From a bacterium (GTDB lineage Bacteria; Hinthialibacterota; Hinthialibacteria; Hinthialibacterales; Hinthialibacteraceae), in assembly GCA_963663405.2 (NCBI GenBank), contig CAXXSM010000132.1:235102-299101 (forward strand): a stretch of 64,000 nucleotides of DNA, given 5' to 3'. The notes under the pieces are model-generated. The model searched no databases. It was not told the DNA's origin and was given only the letters and a program-made list of their open reading frames with translations. This document shows, one piece after another, positions 12,268 through 23,553 of the stretch (position 1 is the stretch's first letter; each line of letters starts with the position of its first letter). A program made the position numbers and the translations under genes.

Positions 12268-13493
12268 AACGATCTTCCTGCGTCCTCTTCACATTCCTAG
12301 TCTTGCTTTTGATGAAACCATATGGGCTTATCGCGAAAACTGCGCCGGATAAAAGCGCAGCGATTCTCCTCAAACAGCTGAAAGCCGAAGAAGCCCGCGC
12401 CAAGAAACTCAAACAAGAACGCCAACAATTGCAAGAATGGATTCAGCAGGGTAAATCCCGCATGAAACGCTTCGATAGTATCCTGCAAACGTACAATTAC
12501 AACCTAACACAAGCTCAAAAGGTGATTGACGCGGCGGAATCGGAAATCGGACAGATTCATAAACGGAATAATGAGAGAGAACTCTTGTTTTATCACTGCG
12601 TTAACACATTCGATCAAATGATCGATCTCCGATCTTCCGACCGGGCTGATGATCAGATGCTCTTCAATATGTACGCCCAGGCCGTCTCGGAGACCGCTTC
12701 AAAAATCTTCTCGGATATGTTGGCGGAACAGCCCCGCCTGCATGAGTTGGAACAAGTCATCACAGACCGGCGCGCTTATCAAGATCGAATCATGAAGAAA
12801 TACATGCCCGCCGACACCGAGAAGAAAGAACGGCATGAACGACTGCTCAACAAACGTGAAGAAGAGGCGAAAGCCATTCAAGACCTCTCCAAGCAGAATG
12901 CCCAACGTGTTACAGAACTGAAAAATCAACTCGCCGCCGCACAAAAACGAATCGAAGAAATCCGGCTCCAACGGCTGAAAGAACAGCGGGAGCGCGAGGA
13001 AAAAGAACGCCAGGAATTAGCGAAACGACAACAAACTGCAGCCGCTAATTCAAAAACCACTTCTCCCCCCCAACCGCTGCCGAGTGGAACGCCGTTCGCT
13101 AACCGGAAAGGCGCTCTTCCGTGGCCTGCCCGTGGAACGATTGTCCGGCCCTTCGGTGAGTTTACCCATCCCGAATTCAAGGTTAAAATAGATAATCCAG
13201 GGATTGATGTCCGCATCAAACCCGGCGCGCCTATTTTGGCCGTCGCGCCGGGGCGGGTTCTTTATACGGGCGATATCCCCGGAATCGGACCCGCTGTGAT
13301 TCTCGATCACGGCGGTGATTACTGTACGGTCTATGGAAACGTAATTAGTTCCGTTTCAGAAAATAACAATGTGGAAAGCCAATCGGTTATAGGGAACGCG
13401 GCGACTAAAAACACGGATGGCACGAGCGCCTACCATTTCCAGATTCTTCAAGGAAAACGGTCCTTAAATCCTCTTTCCTGGCTTGTAAAATAA
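12264..13493 (+). CDS. EnvC-like murein hydrolase activator (coiled coil + M23 domain)
   Basis: Signal peptide, long coiled coil, LPWPARG...NPGIDV...ILDHGGDYCTVYGN degenerate LytM domain. Confidence 0.8.
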   Translation: MKRSSCVLFTFLVLLLMKPYGLIAKTAPDKSAAILLKQLKAEEARAKKLKQERQQLQEWIQQGKSRMKRFDSILQTYNYNLTQAQKVIDAAESEIGQIHKRNNERELLFYHCVNTFDQMIDLRSSDRADDQMLFNMYAQAVSETASKIFSDMLAEQPRLHELEQVITDRRAYQDRIMKKYMPADTEKKERHERLLNKREEEAKAIQDLSKQNAQRVTELKNQLAAAQKRIEEIRLQRLKEQREREEKERQELAKRQQTAAANSKTTSPPQPLPSGTPFANRKGALPWPARGTIVRPFGEFTHPEFKVKIDNPGIDVRIKPGAPILAVAPGRVLYTGDIPGIGPAVILDHGGDYCTVYGNVISSVSENNNVESQSVIGNAATKNTDGTSAYHFQILQGKRSLNPLSWLVK

Positions 13494-13602
13494 AACAATT
13501 CGAATCAAGCGTCGTTTCATTGTTACATAACGATATTACCGTTAGAATTCAGAATAAAACTATATACTCTTTTTTCGAACGTATTCTTTAAGGAGTTCAT
13601 TT

Positions 13603-15006
13603 ATGAAAACCCCAGGCGTCAGACATTTCGCGTTACTCTTCTGTTTTCTTTTTCTCGTATTTATCGTCCTTGGGATTGGCGTTCAGAGGAGCGTATTGGC
13701 CATTGATAATTATGAAGAGGCCATGAAACAATCCCTTACGCTGATAAAAATACTATCCGAAATCCAAAAAGAGTACTTTGATCCCGAAAAAACGAAAACA
13801 GTGGATCTCATCGATGGAGCGATTCACGGTATGGTCGAAACGCTCGATCGATATAGCGTCTATCTGGATGAAGACGAGTATAAGGAGTTCAACGATCAAA
13901 CCCAGGGCATGTTCGGCGGCCTCGGCATTCACATCGATATCGTCAATCACTGGTTGACCGTCATCGCGCCGCTGCCGGGCACTCCCGCCGCCAAAGCCGG
14001 TTTAATGGAAGGAGACCGGATCGTTGAGATCGAGGGGGAAAGCACAAAAAATAAAAACATCTTCGATGCCCAGAAGAAACTGAAAGGGGAAGCGGGCACA
14101 CCGGTGACGATCACCATCGCCCGCAAGGGTGAAAAAGAATTAATCACAAAAACCATCACGCGGGCCATTATCAACACGCTCGCCATTGAAGCAGAAGAAT
14201 GTAAAATGCTGGATGACACGGTGGGGTATATCCGTCTGCGGGATTTCACAAAAGACGCCGCGGAAGAACTCGAACAATCGATCCGTGATCTCCAGATGCA
14301 GGGGATGCGGAGCCTGATCCTCGATCTTCGGGATAATCCCGGTGGATTGCTGCCGGTTGCCGTTGATATTTGCGATCTCTTTTTAGATAAAGAACAAGCC
14401 ATCGTATCCCAGCGGGATAAAAACGACCGGGAAACCTTCTATACCGCCCGGCGTGACAGCACAGGCGCTTTCCTTCTCGCTGTTTTGGTCAATGAATTCA
14501 CCGCCAGCGCCTCCGAAATTGTCGCCGGGTGCATGCAGGACCACAACCGGGGTATCGTGATCGGTCCCGTCGGGCACAAAACCTTCGGGAAAGGCACAGT
14601 CCAAACACTGATCGATCTTGGTGATTCCGCCCTGAAACTGACTACCGCGAAATACTATACCCCCAAAGGACGATCGATCCACGATGATGAAGGTTTAATA
14701 CCCGATATCTTCGCACAGGTCACGGACGACGAACGATTTAATATTCGCGTCGCCAAAAAAGTCGGTTTTCTCCCGCCCGAATTGCTGGGTAAAAAACTGG
14801 TCAAAAAAGAAGAACCGGAAACCGTGGATGATTCACAACCAGTTACCGTGGAAGAAGTCTTCAACGACGAAGAGGAGGAGATCAAGGAAGAGAAAGATAG
14901 CCTATACGACGTCGAACTGTTCACCGCTTACCAATGCATAAAGGGCGCTGAAGTGCTTAAGTTTGGAAAGAAAGAACGAGAGAATTTTGCTGATTCTAGG
15001 AATTGA
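13603..15006 (+). CDS. ctpA: Carboxyl-terminal processing protease (S41A)
   Basis: PDZ (FGGLGI), LDLRDNPGGLL, TASASEI, TFGKGTVQ motifs. Confidence 0.92.
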   Translation: MKTPGVRHFALLFCFLFLVFIVLGIGVQRSVLAIDNYEEAMKQSLTLIKILSEIQKEYFDPEKTKTVDLIDGAIHGMVETLDRYSVYLDEDEYKEFNDQTQGMFGGLGIHIDIVNHWLTVIAPLPGTPAAKAGLMEGDRIVEIEGESTKNKNIFDAQKKLKGEAGTPVTITIARKGEKELITKTITRAIINTLAIEAEECKMLDDTVGYIRLRDFTKDAAEELEQSIRDLQMQGMRSLILDLRDNPGGLLPVAVDICDLFLDKEQAIVSQRDKNDRETFYTARRDSTGAFLLAVLVNEFTASASEIVAGCMQDHNRGIVIGPVGHKTFGKGTVQTLIDLGDSALKLTTAKYYTPKGRSIHDDEGLIPDIFAQVTDDERFNIRVAKKVGFLPPELLGKKLVKKEEPETVDDSQPVTVEEVFNDEEEEIKEEKDSLYDVELFTAYQCIKGAEVLKFGKKERENFADSRN

Positions 15007-15976
15007 AACTTCATGCGACGACACAGGAGCCGCGATTGTACGTGATGGCTTCCACGTTCTTTCCAATCTCGTTTCCTCTCAAGTGGAAATCCACCGCCCC
15101 TACGGCGGTGTGGTTCCCGAAATCGCCTCCCGCGCGCATATCGAAACGCTCCTGCCTCTTGTCACCCGTTGTCTGGATGAATCCGGTGTGACCTTAGAGG
15201 AGATTGACGCCGTAGCGGTGACGAACACGCCGGGTTTGGCGGGATGTCTACTTGTAGGCGTATCGTTCGCTAAATCACTGGCGTACGCGATGAAGAAACC
15301 GCTGATCGGCGTGAACCATTTAGAAGCCCATATCTACACCACGGTCCTCGACACGCCGGAAGAAAACCGCCCTCCTTTCCCCCATCTCTCGCTGCTTGTC
15401 TCCGGTGGACATACGGCCCTCTATCGTGTTGATGGTTGGAGCCAATTAACACCACTGGGCCGTACGAAAGATGACGCCGCTGGGGAAGCGTTTGATAAAG
15501 CGGCCAAAGCCCTCGGTTTGGGATATCCGGGTGGTCCAGCTATTCAACAGCGCGCGGAACCGTTCCAAGGCAATTGGATCGAGTTTCCCCGTCCCATGCT
15601 CCATCAAGGCTTCGATTTCTCTTTCAGTGGACTGAAGACGGCGGTTGTCAACTATATCAACGAGAATCAGCCGGATGAAGACGAAACCACCCGCATCGCC
15701 GCGTCTTTTCAACAGGCGGCGACCGATGTTCTGGTCACCAAAACGATCCGCGCCGCGAAACAGGAACAAATCGGCCATATCTCCCTTGTTGGAGGCGTCT
15801 CCGCCAACGAGCCGTTACGGAACGAACTGCGGCGCCGGGCCGAAAAGCGGGGATATACCGTCTATCTGCCCGAAAAACGTTTCTCGATGGACAACGGGGC
15901 GATGGTGGCTGGATTGGCCTATCATTATCTCAACGAAGGCCGTGTCTCCGATCTTACCCTCAACGCCACGGCTTGA
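14963..15976 (+). CDS. tsaD: tRNA N6-threonylcarbamoyltransferase
   Basis: LGIETSCDDT, GGVVPEIASRAH, NHLEAH, VSGGHT, DDAAGEAFDK motifs. Confidence 0.97.
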   Translation: MERKNERILLILGIETSCDDTGAAIVRDGFHVLSNLVSSQVEIHRPYGGVVPEIASRAHIETLLPLVTRCLDESGVTLEEIDAVAVTNTPGLAGCLLVGVSFAKSLAYAMKKPLIGVNHLEAHIYTTVLDTPEENRPPFPHLSLLVSGGHTALYRVDGWSQLTPLGRTKDDAAGEAFDKAAKALGLGYPGGPAIQQRAEPFQGNWIEFPRPMLHQGFDFSFSGLKTAVVNYINENQPDEDETTRIAASFQQAATDVLVTKTIRAAKQEQIGHISLVGGVSANEPLRNELRRRAEKRGYTVYLPEKRFSMDNGAMVAGLAYHYLNEGRVSDLTLNATA

Positions 15977-16026
15977 AAGCATAAAATCCCGTAATTCTCT
16001 CCTCCTCTGATTTGTGAAAAGAGTCT

Positions 16027-16803
16027 ATGCTGTTTCCCATCATGGAATCCGCTTTCATCGCATTGTTGCTTTTTCTCATTGCGGCGGCGTACGCGTCCGT
16101 CGGCCTGGGGGGAGGAACTGCTTATCTAGCGGTTCTCTCGTTCTGGGATCCGAATCCGGAAAGCCTGCGCCCATTGGCTTGGACGTTGAATGTCCTTTGC
16201 AGCGGGGTTGTGTTTGTCAATTATTACCGTGGAGGATTTTTCAACGCCCGGATCGCGTGGCCGTATCTCTTGGGAGGGATCGTCGGCGCGGCGTTGGGAG
16301 CAAGCATAGACATCCAGGCTTTGAAATTTCAAATCCTGCTGGCTGCAACATTGACCTTCATCAGCGTGCAGATGCTCGTACAAACGAGGCGTTCAGGCCA
16401 ACAGGAGAACGAACGGATTGAAGCGTCTCCAGTTTTCTGGTCACTGGGCTTGGGTTTAATCATCGGATTCATATCAGGGATCGTTGGGATTGGCGGGGGG
16501 ATATTGTTAGGGCCGGTTCTCATCGCGTTCCGGTGGGTGGACGTGAAACGCTGCGCGGCGATCACGAGTTTATATATCTTTCTCTCTTCACTCTCCGCTC
16601 TGATCATGCATGGCGCGGGCCAAGGATCGATCGACTGGATAAAATCCATCCTCTATGGAGCAGCGGCTCTCCTGGGAGGTTTTCTCGGTTCCCGTTATGG
16701 ATCGGAGAAAGCCTCCCCTACTGTATTGAAGCGGATTTTTGCGGTGATTATATTGACTGCGGCGGTGAATTTGTTGATTCGGACGATGTCTATATTATGG
16801 TGA
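16027..16803 (+). CDS. Sulfite exporter TauE/SafE family protein
   Basis: ASVGLGGG and GIVGIGGG repeats; multiple TM. Confidence 0.85.
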   Translation: MLFPIMESAFIALLLFLIAAAYASVGLGGGTAYLAVLSFWDPNPESLRPLAWTLNVLCSGVVFVNYYRGGFFNARIAWPYLLGGIVGAALGASIDIQALKFQILLAATLTFISVQMLVQTRRSGQQENERIEASPVFWSLGLGLIIGFISGIVGIGGGILLGPVLIAFRWVDVKRCAAITSLYIFLSSLSALIMHGAGQGSIDWIKSILYGAAALLGGFLGSRYGSEKASPTVLKRIFAVIILTAAVNLLIRTMSILW

Positions 16804-16824
16804 AAGTTAACTTCCAGAATAATA

Positions 16825-17032
16825 GGCTCATCCGAGTGAGTATGTAAAGTTAATATTATTCTCTTTTCATGTAAGATTGTGCAATCATGTTCGCCCAGCC
16901 TTGAAAGGCTGGGCTAGTATCTAATGTCCCTCCGGGACAAAAGAAAATAGCCCAGGATTTTAATCCTGGGGATAGAGAGATGTACTTTCTTATTATGAAT
17001 CGCATTAACTAACGATACTCACTGGATGAACC
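16825..17032. mobile_element. MITE-like element with about 30-bp imperfect terminal inverted repeats enclosing REP-like hairpins
   Basis: Left GGCTCATCCGAGTGAGTATGTAAAGTTAAT (16825-16854) vs reverse complement of right end GGTTCATCCAGTGAGTATCGTTAGTTAAT (17004-17032); internal hairpins GCCCAGCCTTGAAAGGCTGGGC, GTCCCTCCGGGAC, CCCAGGATTTTAATCCTGGG. Confidence 0.6.
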
Positions 17033-17221
17033 AAATATTGCATTGATTATTTAGATATAGCTTAATACATGCCCCATATTTCAATATCCATTATTTCGCG
17101 CATTTCATATATGGATGTGTCTTTGGGAAGATTGAGTTTTTCGATGGCCAATTTCATTTGTCTTACATAGCTTTTTGTTGGTGATGGCTCTTCACAAACA
17201 TTGTTAATTGGATAGCGCCAT

Positions 17222-18064
17222 TTAATACGCTTGTCCTTTAATGCACTGCACTTTTTCCGCCATCTCCGGTTCTAGTTGATCGATCAATTCCCGATCAATT
17301 AATGAAGAATCAATTGTGTATATAAAAGTCGCTGCGCGCAATCGGAGATCTTCTCGAAGAGTCTTGTCTTTGACGGCGCTTAACAACTTTGGCGCAGCTG
17401 ATTCCGTATTATTGAATATCGCGAAAGCGGAAGGCCAGTATTTTAACCGTTGCTCTGGTGTAAGTTTCACGATCGGATCACTAAATACAGATGTAACAAT
17501 CAAAGGCGCGCCAAATGCATATTGTGAAGCGCCAATATAAACTCTCGCATATTCGAGATAAGGTACAATGTTTTGTATGGAGCCAAGTTTGCCCGGATAA
17601 GAAGATTGCCGCTAACACACGCACGGAATCGATATCACCAGGTTTCTGCGAAATGACTGCCATTAAGTTGTGGTAACCCTGTATTGGAAAAGGATTGTTT
17701 TTTTGAAGTTCTTCAGCAAACACGGATTGAAAGTATTGATCCCGTTTTTCCTTAACTAAGGAACCAGTCCAATACATGTCGACTATCTCTCTTAATACTA
17801 TATTATATTGTTGATCGATAGCTCCTTGAAATAACTGTTTTTTTATCTGCATCAATTTCACTCTTATCAACCGGGAATCCGACGAGAACTTTTAAAACCT
17901 CAGCATTCACAATATCCGATTCTTGCGGCGGTTTTTTTTGAATTTTCAAGCATTTCATTAATGGATGGCTCACCTAAAATAACTGGCTGTCCAAATTCGT
18001 TCTCTTTCGCGATGGATATTAAACTGATAGCTAAACACAGCGTAAGTAATAGCAGGCGCTTCAT
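17222..18064 (-). CDS. Hypothetical secreted protein (multiple frameshifts)
   Basis: Starts MKRLLLLTLCLAISLISIA (signal peptide) at 18064; fragments 17481-17870 and 17222-17503 appear to continue it across homopolymer shifts. Confidence 0.45.
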
Positions 18065-18821
18065 TATATAGTATCCTTTCGATTTATCCTCATCAAATAT
18101 TTTCTACATTCCCCGCCATGACCAGAATACAGAACGTCACAACCGCCACGAGTATAGAAAAACACAGTTCCTAAAATCGGGAAGAGTTTATTTCGATCTT
18201 TTTGAAAGAGGCTTGCTGCGCCAAGAATAAAAGCGACGAAGTCCGCGCACAATAATAATGCAATACCTATGAAAAAAGATTGGATTCCAACTTCTCTCCC
18301 GGATTCTTTTATTGCTTCTGCGATGGATAAAAATACGATGACGAAAATGCCTACCATGACGCTCAAGAGGAAAGATAAAATCCCTATGCCTGAATGGCTT
18401 AATTTCTTATTTTGAACAAAATGTTCATTGACTGGAGAAAAGTAAGCTAGAGCAATGATTATTCCACTCATTAGCACTGTGGCGTCATCCATTGCATCGG
18501 TCAATCCAATTCCAATATTGGGACCCAGAAAAACCAGTAAGAATAATTCCGAATATCGTCGTCCATAAATAGATAGACCTAGCCTGTTTCCAAAATACGA
18601 ATAAACCAATCGAAGAAATTAAAAGAGCAATTACGAAGAATATAAATAAAAAGACAAAGATATTTCCATATTCTGAAAACAACTTATCCATTTCCTTTTC
18701 ACAATACTGCCTTATTTCTAATGGCAAATATTGTCCCCCGATTTCTGAAGCGATCATTATTAAGACAAATAAAATCCATTCCAGAACGATTAGTAATCGA
18801 AAAAAGGTTTTTGAGTGTCAT
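18064..18821 (-). CDS. Hypothetical multi-pass membrane protein (frameshifted)
   Basis: Fragments 18485-18757 and 18064-18609; removing one T near 18800 gives MTLKNLFRLLIVLEWILFVLIMIASE; GGAGG SD. Confidence 0.5.
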
Positions 18822-19521
18822 GATATCCCTCCTATTATCAAATGAATGGTCAATCCTTATGTCTTCATTCTGTTATTAAGGATAATAAACCAATGATCGA
18901 ACGACTCTTCTTTGAATATGCTTTAATTATTGTTGTTGCAATTATGGAACATGAGAAGAATTTACGCAAGGGATATTATGCTTCTTTAATGCAAATTAAA
19001 TAATTGTGCCGCATATGTGTATTTAGACGCTATTGTTTGTTAGATAATACTCAGAAATGAATTATGGTGTAAAATCCATGTGTATCAGGCAGAATATTGA
19101 CGATTTTGTCTGAATTGATGGGGAGCAGCATAAACATGGATTCACGACATGTTCAATCTTCATTGAGATTAAAGAAAACAATTTTTAAGAAGCCCTTGCG
19201 GCTTACAAACCGTTGTCAAAAACGTTCTGAGAGAAAATTCAGCGATTGGCATGGGTTGAATCCATAAAAAATAGAAGAAGTAGAGAGAAGGATTATTCGT
19301 TCGTAAAGCCTTGGAATAGTTTATTTTCTATCTGTTCCGGCAGGGAAAAAACGCTGGAGTTTTTCTCTTATCTTGCTTTGAATCCGTTGACGCCCTTGAA
19401 CCTGCGTTTTCTGGATGCTAGATTTATTGTTCGTGTGTTAGACGCAGGCCGAACCGGTCTTGGACATTTTTTTATCCAGTTGTTTTGTTGAGAGACCTTT
19501 AAGAGAAGGAGAGTGTTTTTC

Positions 19522-19952
19522 GTGATCGAACTATCGATGTTGGCGAAAATTCTCCGTAGTTTCTAGTTTTTTTGTTAGTCGGCGTTGGTTTTATTCTATT
19601 TAACCTCTTGGTTCCTATCCTGTTCCGGCCTAGTAATCCCTATTCAGAAAAATTGACGAATTACGAATGCGGTGAACGCCCTGTCGGCGGCCCGTGGATT
19701 CGTTTTAACGTTCGTTTTTATATTGTTGCGATTGTGTTTTTGATTTTTGATGTGGAAGTCCTTTTTATTGTTCCTTGGGCGGTTGTTTATAAACAATTGT
19801 TTGGGGAATTGGGCTTATTGGTCTTTTTTGAAATGTTTGTGTTCCTTATCGTACTGGGCGTGGGACTCGCCTATTGCTGGAAAAAGGGACACTTGGAATG
19901 GGTTCTTCGTGTGAAGACCAAGGATGGGAAATCCAAGCCCGTGATGTCCTGA
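19522..19952 (+). CDS. nuoA: NADH-quinone oxidoreductase subunit A (5' frameshift)
   Basis: YECGE, FYIVAIVFLIFDVE, WKKGHLEW motifs; first gene of the operon. Confidence 0.93.
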
Positions 19953-19969
19953 TTGTGAGGTAATCGATT

Positions 19970-20131
19970 ATGGAATCATCCATTGAGGGATTGAGTACAG
20001 GTTTTTCATTAGCGCCGTTGGTTGAAATTGGTATTTGGATTGGATTAATTCTGGCGATTGGTTTATTCCTTTGTAATATCGGCCGGTTTTTCGACTTTGG
20101 CCAAGCGGTAATAAACCAGCGTCATTTGTAA
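19970..20131 (+). CDS. Uncalled small single-TM protein inside the nuo operon
   Basis: GAGGT SD then [53 protein letters not shown] (53 aa); below the ORF-track cutoff. Confidence 0.6.
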   Translation: MESSIEGLSTGFSLAPLVEIGIWIGLILAIGLFLCNIGRFFDFGQAVINQRHL

Positions 20132-20243
20132 TCCCCGCCTTGCGCAGGATGAAGTTTTTGAGGGAATCCTTTACATTCCCGGTTTTCAAAGCGCAAGGCG
20201 CTCTCTCCCCCGGATCGGATTTCGTGGGGGAGGAAGGAGAACA

Positions 20244-20778
20244 TTGGTGGGCGTTTTAGAAGGCAAATTTGAAGAAAACGTCATCGTCACATCCGTCGAC
20301 GCGGTATTTAATTGGGCGCGCCTCTCTTCCGTTTGGCCGATGACATTCGGTTTGGCGTGCTGCGCGATTGAGATGATGCACACCGGCGCGTGCCGCTTCG
20401 ATCTGGACCGGTACGGGATGGGCGTGTTCCGTGGTTCGCCGCGTCAGAGCGATCTGATGATCGTGGCCGGTACAGTGACCTATAAAAATGGCGAAACGGA
20501 TCAAACTGCTCTATGACCAGATGCCGGAACCCCGCTGGGTCATGGCGATGGGTGGATGCGCGATCGGCGGTGGGCCTTATTACGAACATGGATATCACGT
20601 CGTGAAGGGCGTGGATCTCTATGTGCCCGTGGATGTGTACGTGCCCGGATGTCCACCCCGGCCTGAAACGTTAATGGCGGGATTGATCGAATTGCAGCAG
20701 AAAATCCGCCAGGACCGGCTCCTGCGCAAAAAAGAGAAAGAACCGGAAAAACGCCGCTTAATTGAATATTACCTTTGA
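20244..20778 (+). CDS. nuoB: NADH-quinone oxidoreductase subunit B (frameshift in A-run at about 20485)
   Basis: [48 protein letters not shown]. Confidence 0.95.
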
Positions 20779-20800
20779 TTGACGGAAGCCGGAAATCAAT

Positions 20801-21296
20801 ATGGAACGAATAGAGATCTACAACCTGCTGAAAGAGACCTTCGGTGAAAAGAAGGTTCTTGAATACGTCGTGACCGGTGAAGAAAAGAAGGGATTGCGCG
20901 ATCCTTTTTATCTTAATAGAAACCGAAGCGCTTCCAGAAATCGCGCAGTTCCTGCGGGATGACGAGCGCTTGCGCTTCGATATGCTTCACTGTCTCAGTG
21001 GTGTGGATTGGCCCGATTATTTTGAGAGTGTCTACCATCTCTGGTCGATGACGCACAAGCATTGGACGGTGTTGAAAGTCCGGATGTCAAAAGATGAACC
21101 CAAAGTTCCCACTATGACACATCTATGGCCGGCGGCCGATTGGCACGAACGGGAAGCGTACGATCTCTTCGGCATTCAGTATGAAGGACATCCCGATTTG
21201 ACGCGGATACTTCTTCCCGATGAATGGGAAGGCCATCCGCTTCGAAAAGATTACGTATATCCAGAACACGAACATCTCAGAGAATTGGGAATGTGA
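20801..21296 (+). CDS. nuoC: NADH-quinone oxidoreductase subunit C (frameshift at about 20905)
   Basis: WHEREAYDLFGIQYEGHPDLTRILLP...GHPLRKDY. Confidence 0.93.
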
Positions 21297-21346
21297 TTGA
21301 TTCACCGATTCCTGGATGCGCGTTTTTTACTTCGTGAGAGAAGACG

Positions 21347-22490
21347 ATGTCGATAACCGCACAACCGAAAAAAACTGCAAGGTGAACCTCTCATCGTGCA
21401 AATGGGTCCTCAGCACCCAAGCACGCATGGGGTGTTGCGTGTGGAACTGGAGACCGACGGCGAAGTCGTCACCCGCGCAAAACCCCACATCGGCTATCTG
21501 CACCGCTGCAAAGAGAAGATCGGTGAAAAAGTCGGCTACGACAGCTATCTTCCCTACACCGACCGGATGGACTACCTCGCGTCCATGAACAATAATTGGA
21601 CGTGGTCCATGTGCGTTGAAAAAATGGCGGAGATTGATGTGCCGGAACGGGCGGAATACCTGCGCGTATTCGCCGCGGAGTTTGGACGGATCGCCAGCCA
21701 TCTCGTAACCGTCGGCTGTTTAGGGAATGATTTAGGAGCGTGGACTCCGTTTCTCCATGCGTTCCGCGAACGGGAGATGATCTTAGATATTTTGGAAGAA
21801 CTGTCCGGAGGACGGCTCTGTTTCGGGTATGTCAATATTGGTGGTGTGATGGCGGATATGACGCCACGGGCCATGGAGTTGGCGAAAACATTCCTGAAAC
21901 AGTTCCCGGCGAAACTGGATAGCTACAATCAGCTGTTAACATACAATCATATATTCATTAAACGGACGGCGGATATCGCTGTGCTCACGGCGGACCGAGC
22001 GATCGCGTATGGAGTTACAGGACCCATGCTGCGGGCGTCCGGGGTGAACTGGGATCTTCGCCATGATGAGCCCTATTCTATCTACGATAAGCTTGATTTT
22101 GAAACCGCTGTTGGTAAAGGTGAAAAAGGCTCGGTTGGTGATAACTGGGACCGGTATTGGGTGCGCGTCAAAGAGATGTATGAGAGCGTGCGCATTTTGG
22201 AACAAGTGATCGACGGATTTCCCGAAGGTGGTGAATTCCGGGGGAAAGTTCCTGCTTCGATCCGGCCCCCGAAAGACGCGGAAGTGTATGTCCGCAGCGA
22301 ATGTCCGCGCGGGGAACTGGCATTCTACTTGATCAGCGATGGGAAAAATGTTCCTTACCGTTTGAAAGTGAGAGGCCCTTCGTTCTGCAATTTATGTTGT
22401 TTTGAAGAATTGACGCGCGACATGTTGGTAGCCGATGTGGTCGCTACGCTGGGAACTATCGATATAGTCATGGGAGAGGTAGACCGCTAA
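21347..22490 (+). CDS. nuoD: NADH-quinone oxidoreductase subunit D (5' frameshift in A-run)
   Basis: MGPQHPSTHGVLR, GYLHR, DRMDY, ECPRGE, DIVMGEVDR. Confidence 0.96.
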
Positions 22491-23541
22491 ATGGATTTTG
22501 TTCAAGGGTTGTTCCAGGTTTTGCCTTTAATCGATTATATACCGGATACGATACTATTCCTGACGGCGGCGTTGATCTGCGGGGATCATCGCGATCGCGG
22601 GTGTGGCGGTTGTCGCGCTGGTCACGGTGTTGGTCGAACGGAAAGTCGCCGGTCACATGCAATGCCGTCTTGGCCCAATGGATGTGGGCTGGCATGGTAT
22701 TTTGCAGACCGCCGCGGACGGGCTGAAACTCTGGATTAAAGAAGATATTATTCCAGCGGCGGGCGGACCGGTGGTTGTTTATCCTGGCGCCGTTTCTCGT
22801 GTTCTGCGGGGCGTTTCTCGCTTGGTCTGTGATTCCGTTGGGACCGGATTTTGTCGCCGCCGATATCAATGTAGGATTGTTGTTCCTGCTGGCGACTTCA
22901 TCCTTGGTCGCCATCGGTATTATCATGGCGGGTTGGGCTTCGTATAATAAGTGGTCTCTCTATGGGGCCCATGCGGACATCCGCCCAGTTTCTCAGTTAT
23001 GAAATCCCCTCCGCGCTGCATGTTCTTCCACCCGTGCTTTTGGCCGGTTCGTTGCATTTAGGAACGATTGTTGACGATCAATCGGGTGGATTGCTGGGGA
23101 TTGGCAATTGGTATATTTGGAATCCATTCTGCGCGATCGCGTTTATTTGCTATTATGTTTCTTCGTTGGCCGAGATCGGCCGGGTTCCATTTGACTTGCC
23201 CGAATCCGAATCGGAATTGGTCTCTGGTTTTCATACGGAATATTCGGGGATCCGTTTCGCGTTCTTCTTCATGGCGGAATATGCGGATATGTTCATCGTG
23301 TCGGTGTTGGGTTCAATCCTGTTTTTCGGGGGCTGGCATGGGCCGTTCGGTCTTAGCAGCATTTTTATTTACCTCGTAAAAATCGCCGCTTTGATGTTCG
23401 TCGCCATTTGGCTGCGGTGGACGTTGCCCCGTTTTGCGAATCGATCAAGTCATGGCGGCCTGCTGGAAGTTCTTGATCCCCGTCGGGCTGGTGAATCTTG
23501 TGGGCGCTAGTTTTTGGATGTACCTAATTGGAAAAGTGTAA
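22491..23541 (+). CDS. nuoH: NADH-quinone oxidoreductase subunit H (several frameshifts)
   Basis: [61 protein letters not shown] across successive frames. Confidence 0.93.
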
Positions 23542-23553
23542 TGGAGCGTCGTG

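Noticed and set aside
19968-20189. 73-aa minus-strand ORF between nuoA and nuoB
   Set aside because: Antisense to the operon; the + strand TM ORF with an SD is the better call.
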